This document shows positions 55,927 through 64,000 of a DNA stretch of 64,000 nucleotides, in pieces. The stretch is from Verrucomicrobiia bacterium (GTDB lineage Bacteria > Verrucomicrobiota > Verrucomicrobiia > JADLBR01), in NCBI GenBank assembly GCA_035387945.1, contig DAOOOX010000023.1, positions 6,153 through 70,152 on the forward strand, written 5' to 3'. The position numbers and the translations under genes are program-made. A model generated the notes under the pieces. It did no database searches and was not told the origin of the DNA. It saw only the letters and a program-made list of their open reading frames with translations. How positions within the stretch are numbered: position 1 is the stretch's first letter; each line of letters starts with the position of its first letter.

Positions 55927-58900
55927 TTATTCCCCGAGGATCTGGAGATCGTGGATGGACCACCAGTTAAAGTCGTGGGAACCGGTCTGTTGGATCTTCA
56001 CGTAGCGGGCGCGTGTGGGAAGGCAGCGCGCGGTGGTGAGGGCCTTGGTGCCCTTGCCGGCGCCGACGGGCCCGACCCAACTCTGGCCGTCGAGCGAGGT
56101 CTCGATGCGATATTCGCGGGGATAATCGTTGCCGGACTTGGCGGCGTCCATGACGACCGCGTGGATGACGTGCTCGGCACCGAGGTCCACCATGAACCAG
56201 TCGTCGGGGCGCATGGGGCCGCCGGTGCCCCAGCGTTTTTCGCTGTTGCCACCGATGGCGTTCTCGGGGGGACTGCCGCCGCCGGAGCGCGAGGCGGAGA
56301 GCGTCCAGCCCGTTCGGTCGAGCGGTGTGGCGGCGCGGTGGTCGGGCAGGCCGTTCACGCGCAGTTCGTTGATCGACCAGAAGAGTCCGGCCTGGCCGGT
56401 CTGCACGATCTTTATGAAGCGTCCGTACGTTGGGGGGATGGCGATGGTGAAGGCTTTCTTGCCGGGATCGCCGCCCGTGGCGACCGGTTTTCCCCAGGAC
56501 TTGCCATCGAGGGAGAAATAGATCTCATATCCGCGCGGTTGATCGGCGCCCGTGGGGCCGGCGTCGAGGAAGAGTTCGCGGAGTTCGGTCTCGTAGCCGA
56601 GGTCAATCATGAACCACTCGCCGCCGGCCATGTGTTTGCCGGTGGTCCAGCGGGTCTTGTCCGAGCCGTCGATGGCGTTGCGTTCCGAGCCATGCCCGAG
56701 GCTGGCGGTCAGGACCATGCCACCGCCGGCGAGGCCATCGGTGATGGCGAGGGCGGCGACGAAGGCCTCCGTGCGGGCGTCGGGATCGTTGAAGTACGGC
56801 TTCACGAACTCGAGCGCGTCGGGGTGGGCGAGCTTCCCGAGGCCCGCGATGAGGGCGCACTTCTCCTGCTTTCCCTTCGCGAGATCGAGCGCCTCGCGGT
56901 AGAGATCGAGCGTCTCTCTCATGGGGCGTTGGCTCGGCATGGCGAGCATGCGCGCGTAGCCGCGCAACGCCAGGACGCGGTTCCCCTCGTCGGCGTCGTT
57001 GCGGCTGGCATCGCGCAGCGCAAGGATGGGGGCGGCGTCGGGCCATGAGTCGGCGAGGGCCTTGATGGCGGCGCGCCGGATTGAGGCGTTGGCGTCGCCG
57101 AGCGCCGAGATGAGGGAGGGCTGACCGGTCGGGTCCCCTATCTTGCCGAGCGCGGTAAGGAGTCCGCCGCGAGCGTTGTCGCTGGGGTGACCCGCGAGTG
57201 CGGTCAAGATGGCAGCGGTCTTCAACTGGGCGGTGTCGGCCTGTTGGGCCGTCGCGACGATGATCGCCTGGATCTGGTCGATGGCGGCCGCGTCCGGGGC
57301 ATCGACGAGCAGGGCCACGAGCGCCCCGAGGTCGGCGGGTTGCGCGAGTTGGCCGAGGGCTTTGCGGGCTTCGCGCGCCAGCGCGGCGTCGCTGTCACGC
57401 GCGGCCGCGATGAGTGCCGGGAAAGCCACGCGCGCCTTGCGCGTGCCGAGCGCCTTGGCGTACTCCGACCTGGCGCTTCCCTTCGCCGTCTGCATGCGCG
57501 CGATGAGGGCCTCATCGATGCCGGGGCCGTTCATCGAGGCGAGCGTCTCGCGCGCGGCATCGCGCTCCGCGCGATCGCGGGCTTCATCCGAGGCGACGGC
57601 GACGACCCGCTCGACGGTGCTGGCATCGCCGAGGCGCCCGATCGCGCGCAAGGCCGCGAGGCGGACGCTGCCGTCCTGGGCGGCGAGCAGCGACATCACC
57701 GCGGGAAGCGCAGAGCGCTCGCCGCGTTTCGCGAGCGCATCGATGGCGAGGTTTTGGCTGACGGGTTGAAGGGTGGGCAATGCGTCGGCAGTCGCCTGGG
57801 CGATGGCCTGGCCGGGAAGATCGGTGACCAGTCGGGCGGCGGCCCGTGCCCGTTCGACGTTATCGCCCCTGAGGGATTTGACCGCGTCGGTGGCTCCGGA
57901 TTCTCCCTTCAACATCGTGGCGCCGTAGAAGGCGGCCGCGCGGATATGGGCGGCTACGGTCTCGTCCGCCGAGAGCCGCGCATAGGCCTGTGTCGCGGAG
58001 GCCCGATCGCCGCTCGAGCGGGCGGTCTCCGCGATTTCGAGCAGCGCGCGATCGATGGCGGCGTTGACCGCGGGTGGGCGGTTACCGGCGCGGACTTTGG
58101 TCAACGCGCTCTCCGCCGCGCTGCCGCCGATGTGACCGAGGGCTTCGGCGGCGGCGACGGCGATGGCCGTGTCATCCCCCCCGCCGAGAAGGCTGGCGAG
58201 GGCGGGGATTGCGTCGGCGACGCGGCGTGCACCGAGCAGTCCCACGATCCCGACGCGGTTGGGTCCGGATGCGCGGGGCAGCGCCGCGATCAGGGCGCTG
58301 TCGGCGGCGGGTCCGCGGATGCCGGTGAGCGCGTGGCGGGCCCAGTCGGCCATGGCACCGTCGGTGAGCAGTGGGGCGAGGGTGGGCACGACATGTTCGG
58401 TCCCGATCAGGGCGAGGTGGCGGCATGCGAGGGCGCGGGCGTCGGGCGTGGCGCGGGGGTTGGCGGCAATAGTGGCCAGGCCGTCGGCGAGGGCGGTCCG
58501 CTGCGCGGCGGCGCCGGGGGCGAGCGTATCGCTGACCAGGCGCTCGAGTTGATCGGGGAGGCCGGGACCTTGATCGAGCGTATAATAGGAGGAAAGGTCG
58601 CGGAGCATGTTCTGGAGGCCGGCGGCGATGCCGGTCGAACGCGAGCGATCGATTTCTTCCCGGCTGAGGTTCGTGCTCGGTTTCGCGTCGGCCGCGAGAT
58701 CGCCGAGGGCGTACTGGATTCCGTCGAGATAGCACCGGAGAATGGGGGCATTCCAAAAGACCTCGTGGCGATGGCCGAGCGAGAAGTAGAAGACGCGCCC
58801 TTTTCCATATTCATGAATCCAGGCGACGGCGAAGTCCTTATCCTGTCGTTTGATGCCCTGCTTGGACATGTCGATGGCGCCCACGTCGAGGCTCAGCAGG

Positions 58901-59604
58901 ACGCGCAATTTCTCGCGCGAATACGGTGCGCGAAATTGGTAGATCTCGTCGGCAACATCGAACGGCTGGCCATTGAACGCGGCGAGCAGCGGATGGCCCG
59001 GATCATCGAGTTTGACGCGGACGTTCTCGCTCCATGGGTGGCCATCGAAGTAGCCACCGATCAGCTCGCCGTACTCGGCCCAATCGGAGAGGCAATCCGT
59101 GGCGGCGTGGATTCCGACGAGGCCTTTGCCATTGCGGACGAAGTCGAGGAATCGCTGGCGTGCGCGGCCGTCGCGGGCATCGGCATCCGACTTCTGCGCG
59201 GCATCCATGCCCCGCACATCGAGCGGGAGCAGCGGCAGGCGCAGCGTCGTGTTATCCATCGCGATGGCGTCGAAGGCATCGAATTCGGGGCGTTCCAAAA
59301 TGGAGAGGTCCTCGACGACAGTGGCATCGAATGCGCCGGTCTTGCGTCCCATGATCTCGAGGGCCTTCGCGGCAAAAGGGATCGACGAATGGGGAAAGCC
59401 CTCGCATTGCGTAACGATCAGCAGTTTGCGCGGGCGTGTCGGCTTGGCCGTCGGCCTGGCGGGTGAGGCGCTCTCCATGCGCGCGATCTCATCGGCCGTG
59501 GGCGGCTTGAGTTCCGCGGCGGGGAGGTTGGCGAAGAGGGGCAGCGTGAGAACGATGGGCAGGATGCCCGTGCGTGCGGCGATCATGATGGGATACCCTT
59601 TCAC
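55927..59604 (-). CDS. Giant secreted multidomain protein: ThuA-like (class-I glutamine-amidotransferase-fold) domain, a long HEAT/PBS-lyase-type repeat array, and two C-terminal F5/8-type-C (discoidin) domains.
   Basis: Signal MIAARTGILPIVLTLPLFANLPAA. KLLIVTQCEGFPHSSI...GLVGIHAATD (ThuA). More than 15 HEAT-like repeats (AAEALGHIGG, RLAALRAIGRLGD, IRRAAIKALADS). Two discoidin modules (NAIDGSDKTRWTTG...EWFMIDLG...YEIYFSLDGKSW and NAIGGNSEKRWGTG...DWFMVDLG...YRIETSLDGQSW). Confidence 0.75.
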   Translation of the reverse strand: MKGYPIMIAARTGILPIVLTLPLFANLPAAELKPPTADEIARMESASPARPTAKPTRPRKLLIVTQCEGFPHSSIPFAAKALEIMGRKTGAFDATVVEDLSILERPEFDAFDAIAMDNTTLRLPLLPLDVRGMDAAQKSDADARDGRARQRFLDFVRNGKGLVGIHAATDCLSDWAEYGELIGGYFDGHPWSENVRVKLDDPGHPLLAAFNGQPFDVADEIYQFRAPYSREKLRVLLSLDVGAIDMSKQGIKRQDKDFAVAWIHEYGKGRVFYFSLGHRHEVFWNAPILRCYLDGIQYALGDLAADAKPSTNLSREEIDRSRSTGIAAGLQNMLRDLSSYYTLDQGPGLPDQLERLVSDTLAPGAAAQRTALADGLATIAANPRATPDARALACRHLALIGTEHVVPTLAPLLTDGAMADWARHALTGIRGPAADSALIAALPRASGPNRVGIVGLLGARRVADAIPALASLLGGGDDTAIAVAAAEALGHIGGSAAESALTKVRAGNRPPAVNAAIDRALLEIAETARSSGDRASATQAYARLSADETVAAHIRAAAFYGATMLKGESGATDAVKSLRGDNVERARAAARLVTDLPGQAIAQATADALPTLQPVSQNLAIDALAKRGERSALPAVMSLLAAQDGSVRLAALRAIGRLGDASTVERVVAVASDEARDRAERDAARETLASMNGPGIDEALIARMQTAKGSARSEYAKALGTRKARVAFPALIAAARDSDAALAREARKALGQLAQPADLGALVALLVDAPDAAAIDQIQAIIVATAQQADTAQLKTAAILTALAGHPSDNARGGLLTALGKIGDPTGQPSLISALGDANASIRRAAIKALADSWPDAAPILALRDASRNDADEGNRVLALRGYARMLAMPSQRPMRETLDLYREALDLAKGKQEKCALIAGLGKLAHPDALEFVKPYFNDPDARTEAFVAALAITDGLAGGGMVLTASLGHGSERNAIDGSDKTRWTTGKHMAGGEWFMIDLGYETELRELFLDAGPTGADQPRGYEIYFSLDGKSWGKPVATGGDPGKKAFTIAIPPTYGRFIKIVQTGQAGLFWSINELRVNGLPDHRAATPLDRTGWTLSASRSGGGSPPENAIGGNSEKRWGTGGPMRPDDWFMVDLGAEHVIHAVVMDAAKSGNDYPREYRIETSLDGQSWVGPVGAGKGTKALTTARCLPTRARYVKIQQTGSHDFNWWSIHDLQILGE

Positions 59605-59615
59605 ATCGGGCGATG

Positions 59616-60950
59616 TCAGATGGTGAGCGCCCAGGGCGCGCGCAAGGGTCGCTCCAGGAGGCGGTCGGCGGTCGGGTCATTGGTGAAGCGCGATGTGGCG
59701 GGGTCCCAGGCGAGCGAGCGTCTGAGGCGATAGGCGATCCCGGCGAGGCTGCAGACGGTCAGCGTGCTGGCGCCAATGTCGGCGGTGCAGATGCAGGGGC
59801 GCCGCGTGCGGATGCCCTCGAGCCAGTTGGCCATGTGGTCCCGGCTCTCGTAGAGCCTGATGTCGCGGGGTCCCCACTTCATCTTTAGGAGATCGGCGGG
59901 CTCGGTGGTTAAAGAACTGCGGCTAACGGCGACGGTGCCGCGCTCGCCGACGAATTCGATGGAGGCCTGGCCGCTGGCGCCGCCATGCGTCATGGGCGTG
60001 CCGTCGGCATAGATGAAGGTCAGCAGCGGGTGCTCGCCCTGGTCGGGAGGGATGATCTGGACGGGGCCGCTGCCGTCCATGCCGAGTCCCCACTGGGCGA
60101 TGTCGAAATGGTGGGCGCCGAAGTCGTAGAGGCCACCATTGCAATAGTCGCGATAACGCCGCCAGTTCGGAAAGACCGCATAGTTGTCGAGGGGACAGAT
60201 CTCGGCGTTGTATGGCCGGTAGGGCGAAGGTCCGAGCCAGAGGTTCCAGTCGAGCGTGGCGGGGGTCGGCTGGGCGGGAAGGTGGCACGCCGTGGCCGGG
60301 CCGCCGACATTGACGTGGACGACCTTCAGCTTGCCGATGGCGCCGTTGCGCACCAGCTCGCACGCGAACCGGAATTTGACGTCGGAGCGCTGTTGGCTGC
60401 CGACCTGGAAGACCCGGTCATAGCGTCGCGCGGCGGCGGCGACCGCCTGGGCCTCCGCGATGGTCAATGCCAGCGGTTTCTCGCAGTACACGTCCTTGCC
60501 CGCCTTCATGGCCTCCACCGACACGATGGCGTGCCAGTGGGTTGGCGTGGCCACGACGACCGCGTCGAGGTCGGGCCGCGCGATCAACTCCCGAAAATCG
60601 CGATAGGTCGGGCAGCCGGCGTAGTCGGCCCCGAACCGGCCACTGTAGGTCTCTTTCACGCGCCGGGCGCAGCGCTCAAGACGTTCGCTCTCGACATCGC
60701 ACAACGCCGCGACCTGCACCTCCGTGCGACCGAGCAGATTGTTGAGATGACCCCACATCATCTTGCCCATGCCGATCATCCCGATGGCCAGACGATCGGA
60801 CGGAACCGGTTGCCCCGGCGCGCCCAGGGCGGACGAAGGGATGATCGCAGGCGCGGCCAAGGCGCCCGCGGTGCCGACCGCAAAGCCGCGGATGAACGTG
60901 CGGCGCGATAGCTTCGATTCGGCCATGACGATTCCGTAGCGGACGGCCAT
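59616..60950 (-). CDS. TAT-exported Gfo/Idh/MocA family oxidoreductase.
   Basis: SRRTFIRGFAVGTAGALAAPA twin-arginine signal. RLAIGMIGMGKMMWGH Rossmann start. DVYCEKPLA. Confidence 0.85.
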   Translation of the reverse strand: MAVRYGIVMAESKLSRRTFIRGFAVGTAGALAAPAIIPSSALGAPGQPVPSDRLAIGMIGMGKMMWGHLNNLLGRTEVQVAALCDVESERLERCARRVKETYSGRFGADYAGCPTYRDFRELIARPDLDAVVVATPTHWHAIVSVEAMKAGKDVYCEKPLALTIAEAQAVAAAARRYDRVFQVGSQQRSDVKFRFACELVRNGAIGKLKVVHVNVGGPATACHLPAQPTPATLDWNLWLGPSPYRPYNAEICPLDNYAVFPNWRRYRDYCNGGLYDFGAHHFDIAQWGLGMDGSGPVQIIPPDQGEHPLLTFIYADGTPMTHGGASGQASIEFVGERGTVAVSRSSLTTEPADLLKMKWGPRDIRLYESRDHMANWLEGIRTRRPCICTADIGASTLTVCSLAGIAYRLRRSLAWDPATSRFTNDPTADRLLERPLRAPWALTI

Positions 60951-61010
60951 CCCAAGGTCGAGATGGAACGATACAGAAACTACAGAGCGAAGCCCTTTCG
61001 CGCCCTTCGC

Positions 61011-61095
61011 GCTCTTCGTGGTTGGGTTGTGGGGATGGAACCACGAATGGACACGAATCCACGAGCCACCTCGAAACTTGAAACCTGAGACTTGA
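61011..61095. repeat. REP-like element (family 1) copy with CTTCGTGGTTGG, GGAACCACGAATGGACACGAATCCACGAG and a tandem ACTTGAAAC motif.
   Basis: Read directly. It lies ~60-120 nt upstream of the Gfo/Idh/MocA gene starting at 60950 (minus strand) and downstream of the sulfatase. Confidence 0.65.
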
Positions 61096-61106
61096 AACGC
61101 GATTCG

Positions 61107-62591
61107 TTATTTCGGCCGGGGATGCCTGTCCCATTCGAATCGTCGCTTCTCATCGAATGCCGGGTTCGGCTGGGGAAACTCCGCCTTCACTTCCGCCTGC
61201 CATTGTTTCAGCAACCCATGGAGCTCGTTCGCCTTCTCGGGGAAGACCCCCGACAGGTCAGTCGTCTCGCCGATGTCGGTCGTAAGTTGATAGAGCTCGA
61301 GGTCTCCCGAGACCAAGTTCTGCACAAGTTTCCATGCCTCCTTCCGGATAGCTGCGGCGGGGACATGATGGTGGTAGACCGGATAGTGCCAATAGAGCGC
61401 CCGGTCCGGGGCGCCTTGGCCGTTGAGCATCTCGGGTAGAATCGACTTCCCATCCAGCACCTGGCCTTCCGGTTTTTTCGCGTCCGCCAGTTCCAGAAAC
61501 GTCGGATAGAAATCCACGCTGGTCACGGGCGTCTGGCAGAGGTTTCCCGGCTTGATGCGACCGGGCCAGTTCATGATCAGGGGCTCGCGGATGCCGCCCT
61601 CATAGAGCATGCCCTTCTCTCCCCGCAGCGGCGCGTTCGAGGTCGCGATATAGGCCAGCGGTTTACCGCGATAGATCCCCTGTCTGGAGGGCACCGCCAC
61701 CGGCATCTTCGCCTCCTGGACCCCGGGATAGCGGTCGTTGCTGATCTGCCCTCCGTTGTCAGAAAAGAAGACCACCAGCGTGTTATCCCGCAGCCCCAGG
61801 GCATCCAGTTTATCCACCACGCGCCCCACGCTATGATCCAATTGCTCTATCATCGCCGCATAGATCGCGTGGCAGGGATATCCCGCGACGGCGGACTTCT
61901 TCAGGAACTTGTCGATCCGCACCTGTTCGGCATCGAATTGCACATGCACGTCCCAATGCGACAGAAACAGGAAAAATGGCCTCGCCTTGTTGCGGTCGAT
62001 GAAATCAATGCCGAAGTCGGCCAACCGCTCGGCCATGATCTTATCGGCGGAATCGTTCCGCGGCGGATCGAATCGCACGTTGTAATAGCCCTGGGCGACG
62101 TTCGCCTCATCAAAACCCTGCCTGGAGGGATGGTGATCCTTCTGATAGCCGAGATGCCATTTCCCAAAGAACGCCGTCGCATAGCCCGCCGCCTTCAGCG
62201 CCTCGGCGATCGTCACGACCTCGGTGGGCAGATACTGCGTCCGATTGCTGGGAACCGTGACTTTCTCATACGGCCTCCAATGGCCCGGGATCCATTCAAA
62301 GACACCGACTCGTGCCGGATACTGACCCGACATGATGCTCGCGCGCGTCGGGGAACAGACGGGGGCGGCCGCATAGGCATCGGTGAAGCGAATCCCTTCC
62401 TCGGCCAGGCGGGTCAGGTTCGGCGCCTCGTTGAACCGGTTGCCATACATGGGCAGATCGGCCCAGCCCAAATCGTCCGCCAGAATAAAGACGATGTTCG
62501 GGCGCGTGGGCGTCGAGACCGGAGTGGCGCCAACCGAGAGAACAGCCGGCGCCGCAAGCAGCGCCGCGGCGAGAATCCGTTTGGCGGTCAT
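61107..62591 (-). CDS. Secreted sulfatase (formylglycine-dependent arylsulfatase family).
   Basis: Start MTAKRILAAALLAAPAVLSVGA. PNIVFILADDLGWADL followed by the sulfatase CxPxR signature CSPTRASIMSGQYP. Later GKWHLG and DNTLVVFFSDNGG blocks. The ORF track's 35 upstream codons are not used. Confidence 0.85.
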   Translation of the reverse strand: MTAKRILAAALLAAPAVLSVGATPVSTPTRPNIVFILADDLGWADLPMYGNRFNEAPNLTRLAEEGIRFTDAYAAAPVCSPTRASIMSGQYPARVGVFEWIPGHWRPYEKVTVPSNRTQYLPTEVVTIAEALKAAGYATAFFGKWHLGYQKDHHPSRQGFDEANVAQGYYNVRFDPPRNDSADKIMAERLADFGIDFIDRNKARPFFLFLSHWDVHVQFDAEQVRIDKFLKKSAVAGYPCHAIYAAMIEQLDHSVGRVVDKLDALGLRDNTLVVFFSDNGGQISNDRYPGVQEAKMPVAVPSRQGIYRGKPLAYIATSNAPLRGEKGMLYEGGIREPLIMNWPGRIKPGNLCQTPVTSVDFYPTFLELADAKKPEGQVLDGKSILPEMLNGQGAPDRALYWHYPVYHHHVPAAAIRKEAWKLVQNLVSGDLELYQLTTDIGETTDLSGVFPEKANELHGLLKQWQAEVKAEFPQPNPAFDEKRRFEWDRHPRPK

Positions 62592-62640
62592 GGCCCCATG
62601 CTGCGGCCTCCGCCCCCAATTCTCAACCCCCCGCACGCGA

Positions 62641-62700
62641 GAACACCGAGGCCACGAGTCCAACCCTGTTAACCACGAATGGGCACGAATGAACACGAAT
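62641..62700. repeat. REP-like element (family 1) copy: AACCACGAATGGGCACGAATGAACACGAAT, preceded by GAACACCGAGGCCACGAG.
   Basis: Read directly. It lies ~50-110 nt upstream of the sulfatase start (62591, minus strand). Confidence 0.65.
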
Positions 62701-62880
62701 CTGTGTGCGCTCGCTTTTTGGCGAGGGCTCTCCTGATCTCCTGAGTTCCGGATTCAGGATGCGAAACACCGGGTCTCGAAAGCCGGGTTTGTGCGGGCTT
62801 GAATGTGGAACTCAGAAAGGCAGGAAGGACTCCGCGGTCCATATCCGCGGCTGCGCTGAAACCACCGAAATCAGTGGGCT

Positions 62881-63135
62881 GACTCGAAAAGAGGGTGTAT
62901 CGATCGGCAGCGAAGGGCTTGCGCCCTTCGGCGGCGGCCGAGCGGGGGCCGAAGCCGGAATGTTCGTAAAATCGCCTCTGGCGATCGGCTTCGCCACTGA
63001 TTTTCCTCCCCGGTGGTGCCCGCCGCGCGGGCATCATGTCTGACTCGAAAATTCAGACATCGAATCGTGGGAGCCTGCTTGCAGGCGATTCGAATCGCGC
63101 GCAAGCGCGCTCCTACACCCCATTTTCTGCCCCAC
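62881..63135. repeat. Family-2 repeats, copies 3 and 4 in tandem (62881..63036 variant copy; 63042..63135 canonical copy).
   Basis: Both begin with GACTCGAAAA. The variant copy ends TTTTCCTCCCCGGTGGTGCCCGCCGCGCGGGCAT, which parallels the copy-1 end TTTTCTTCCCTGGTGGTGCCCCGCCGCACGGGGCAT with compensatory stem changes. The canonical copy carries the GTGGGAGCCTGCTTGCAGGCGAT...CGCGCGCAAGCGCGCTCCTAC core. Confidence 0.65.
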
Positions 63136-63192
63136 AAGAGGGTCACATCTCGACATTCTCGCCCCACAAGAGGGTCACATCTCGACATTCGA
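63129..63192. repeat. Tandem direct repeat, 2 x 32 bp (GCCCCACAAGAGGGTCACATCTCGACATTCTC), partly repeated a third time.
   Basis: Read directly. Each unit contains GGTCACA. The reverse-complement half-site TGTGACC occurs at 63205..63211 and 63266..63272. Confidence 0.7.
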
Positions 63193-63387
63193 CATTCTGA
63201 AAAATGTGACCGGTCAGAATCGAAACACGCGACCGCGGCGCGATCCGATCTCTTGGATGTTTCGATGTGACCCATGATGCAGAATGTTCATGCGAGACCC
63301 CGGTCGCTGCCCGGTCTCCGGGTCTGGCGATGCCTGCGCGTCTTGGCGCACCCTACCCGATTCTTGCGGAATTCCAGATGACTGCAC

Positions 63388-64000
63388 ATGATCGACCGCG
63401 TGCCCGACATGGAGCCTGCGATTCCCGACGCCGGCAAGACCCCAGCGCTGCCAACCACCCCTCACGCCAACTGGAGCGACTCTTTTTCCATCGGCCCGGC
63501 TCCAGACTGGGTGTCCGAGCGAGAGATCCCCTGGGATTTCCCTCAAGATTCCGACAGCCACGTCGACATCCTCCTCTCCGATACCGTGCACGCCCCGGAC
63601 CGAGCGGTCACCTTCACCCGGAATGTCGAACGGCTCAATACCGCCGATGCCGTCCAAAATCTCTCCCATGTTGTCATCGATTTCGATCCGGAGAAAGAAG
63701 CGCTGATCGTCCACGACGTGCGCCTCTGGCGCCAAGGGGTCTCTCGGAGCTACGTGGACCCCGGGCGTTTCCTGTTCCGCCAGCGCGAGGACGCGCTCGA
63801 GTCCCAAATCATCCACGGAAGGGTATCCGCGGTCCTGATCCTCGATGACGTCAGGTCCGGCGACGCCCTGGATGTCTCCTTTTCCAGAAGAACGCACAAC
63901 CGGCTGCCCGGCGAAAAATCGGAGATAGCCTTCGCCGTGGACCGGCCACTCCGGACCGCCGCGTGGTATGTCACGGTGCGCATTCCCAAGGGGCCGTTGC
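63388..64000 (+). CDS. Hypothetical protein, 5' part only. It runs out of the window and may be DUF3857-like.
   Basis: The frame is open from ATG 63388 to the window end: MIDRVPDMEPAIPDAGKTPALPTT...GRVSAVLILDDVRSGDALDVSFSRRTHNRLPGEKSEIAFAV. The ORF-track ORF 63267..63848 in another frame is Arg/Pro-rich junk. Confidence 0.45.
   Translation, partial: MIDRVPDMEPAIPDAGKTPALPTTPHANWSDSFSIGPAPDWVSEREIPWDFPQDSDSHVDILLSDTVHAPDRAVTFTRNVERLNTADAVQNLSHVVIDFDPEKEALIVHDVRLWRQGVSRSYVDPGRFLFRQREDALESQIIHGRVSAVLILDDVRSGDALDVSFSRRTHNRLPGEKSEIAFAVDRPLRTAAWYVTVRIPKGPL

Noticed and set aside
55588-59466. Long plus-strand ORFs (55588..57048, 57187..59466), plus similar ones at 59985..60911, 61833..62672, 36884..37711 and 48044..49006.
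   Set aside because: All are antisense to well-supported minus-strand genes (ThuA-HEAT-discoidin protein, Gfo/Idh/MocA, sulfatase, DapA, sdaA). They are Gly/Arg/Asp-rich and featureless.
63267-63848. 193-aa ORF from the ORF track at the right edge.
   Set aside because: Arg/Pro-rich nonsense. A different frame, open from ATG 63388 to the window end, gives a protein-like sequence.

Overview
This is a high-GC (~65%) bacterial chromosomal segment. Its gene content points to a Planctomycetota/Verrucomicrobiota-type (PVC superphylum) genome: four TAT-signal Gfo/Idh/MocA oxidoreductases, a DUF1080 protein, a sulfatase, a delta-60-repeat giant protein, a ThuA-HEAT-discoidin giant protein, a PQQ-like beta-propeller protein and an autotransporter. 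I call about 40 protein-coding genes. Most encode secreted or periplasmic carbohydrate-active or sugar-acid catabolic functions. I found no rRNA, no tRNA (no GGTTCGAATCC-type T-arm motif in intergenic DNA) and no CRISPR array.

Core housekeeping genes:
- the 3'-truncated bifunctional PBP1 at the left edge (1..737, minus)
- clpS (5345..5647)
- L-serine dehydratase sdaA (47402..48778, minus)

Most interesting content beyond ordinary annotation:
- Two unrelated families of structured intergenic repeats sit at fixed positions upstream of genes. One is a REP-like inverted-repeat family with a GAACACGAAT / CGTGGTTGG core. The other is a ~110-bp GACTCGAAAAT...GCGCGCAAGCGCGCTCCTAC element.
- A degenerate N-terminal fragment of an IS200/RAYT-type HUH transposase (52842..53108) lies within a few hundred bp of REP-like copies.
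- A ~100-aa C-terminal module is shared by three otherwise unrelated large secreted proteins.
- A predicted lipoprotein fuses about 12 ankyrin repeats to an L,D-transpeptidase domain.
- A secreted PQQ-like propeller protein carries an inserted SAM-methyltransferase-like motif.
- An orphan TadZ/CpaE-like pseudo-receiver/MinD-like ATPase sits behind an AT-rich island.
- A ten-gene plus-strand operon (10282..21988) plus a divergent XylR-type regulator looks like a complete non-phosphorylative deoxy-sugar / sugar-acid pathway.
- Several decayed genes are present: a frameshifted secreted gene, a truncated beta-helix protein and the transposase remnant.

All calls rest on reading the supplied ORF translations and the DNA by eye. 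No database search was run.
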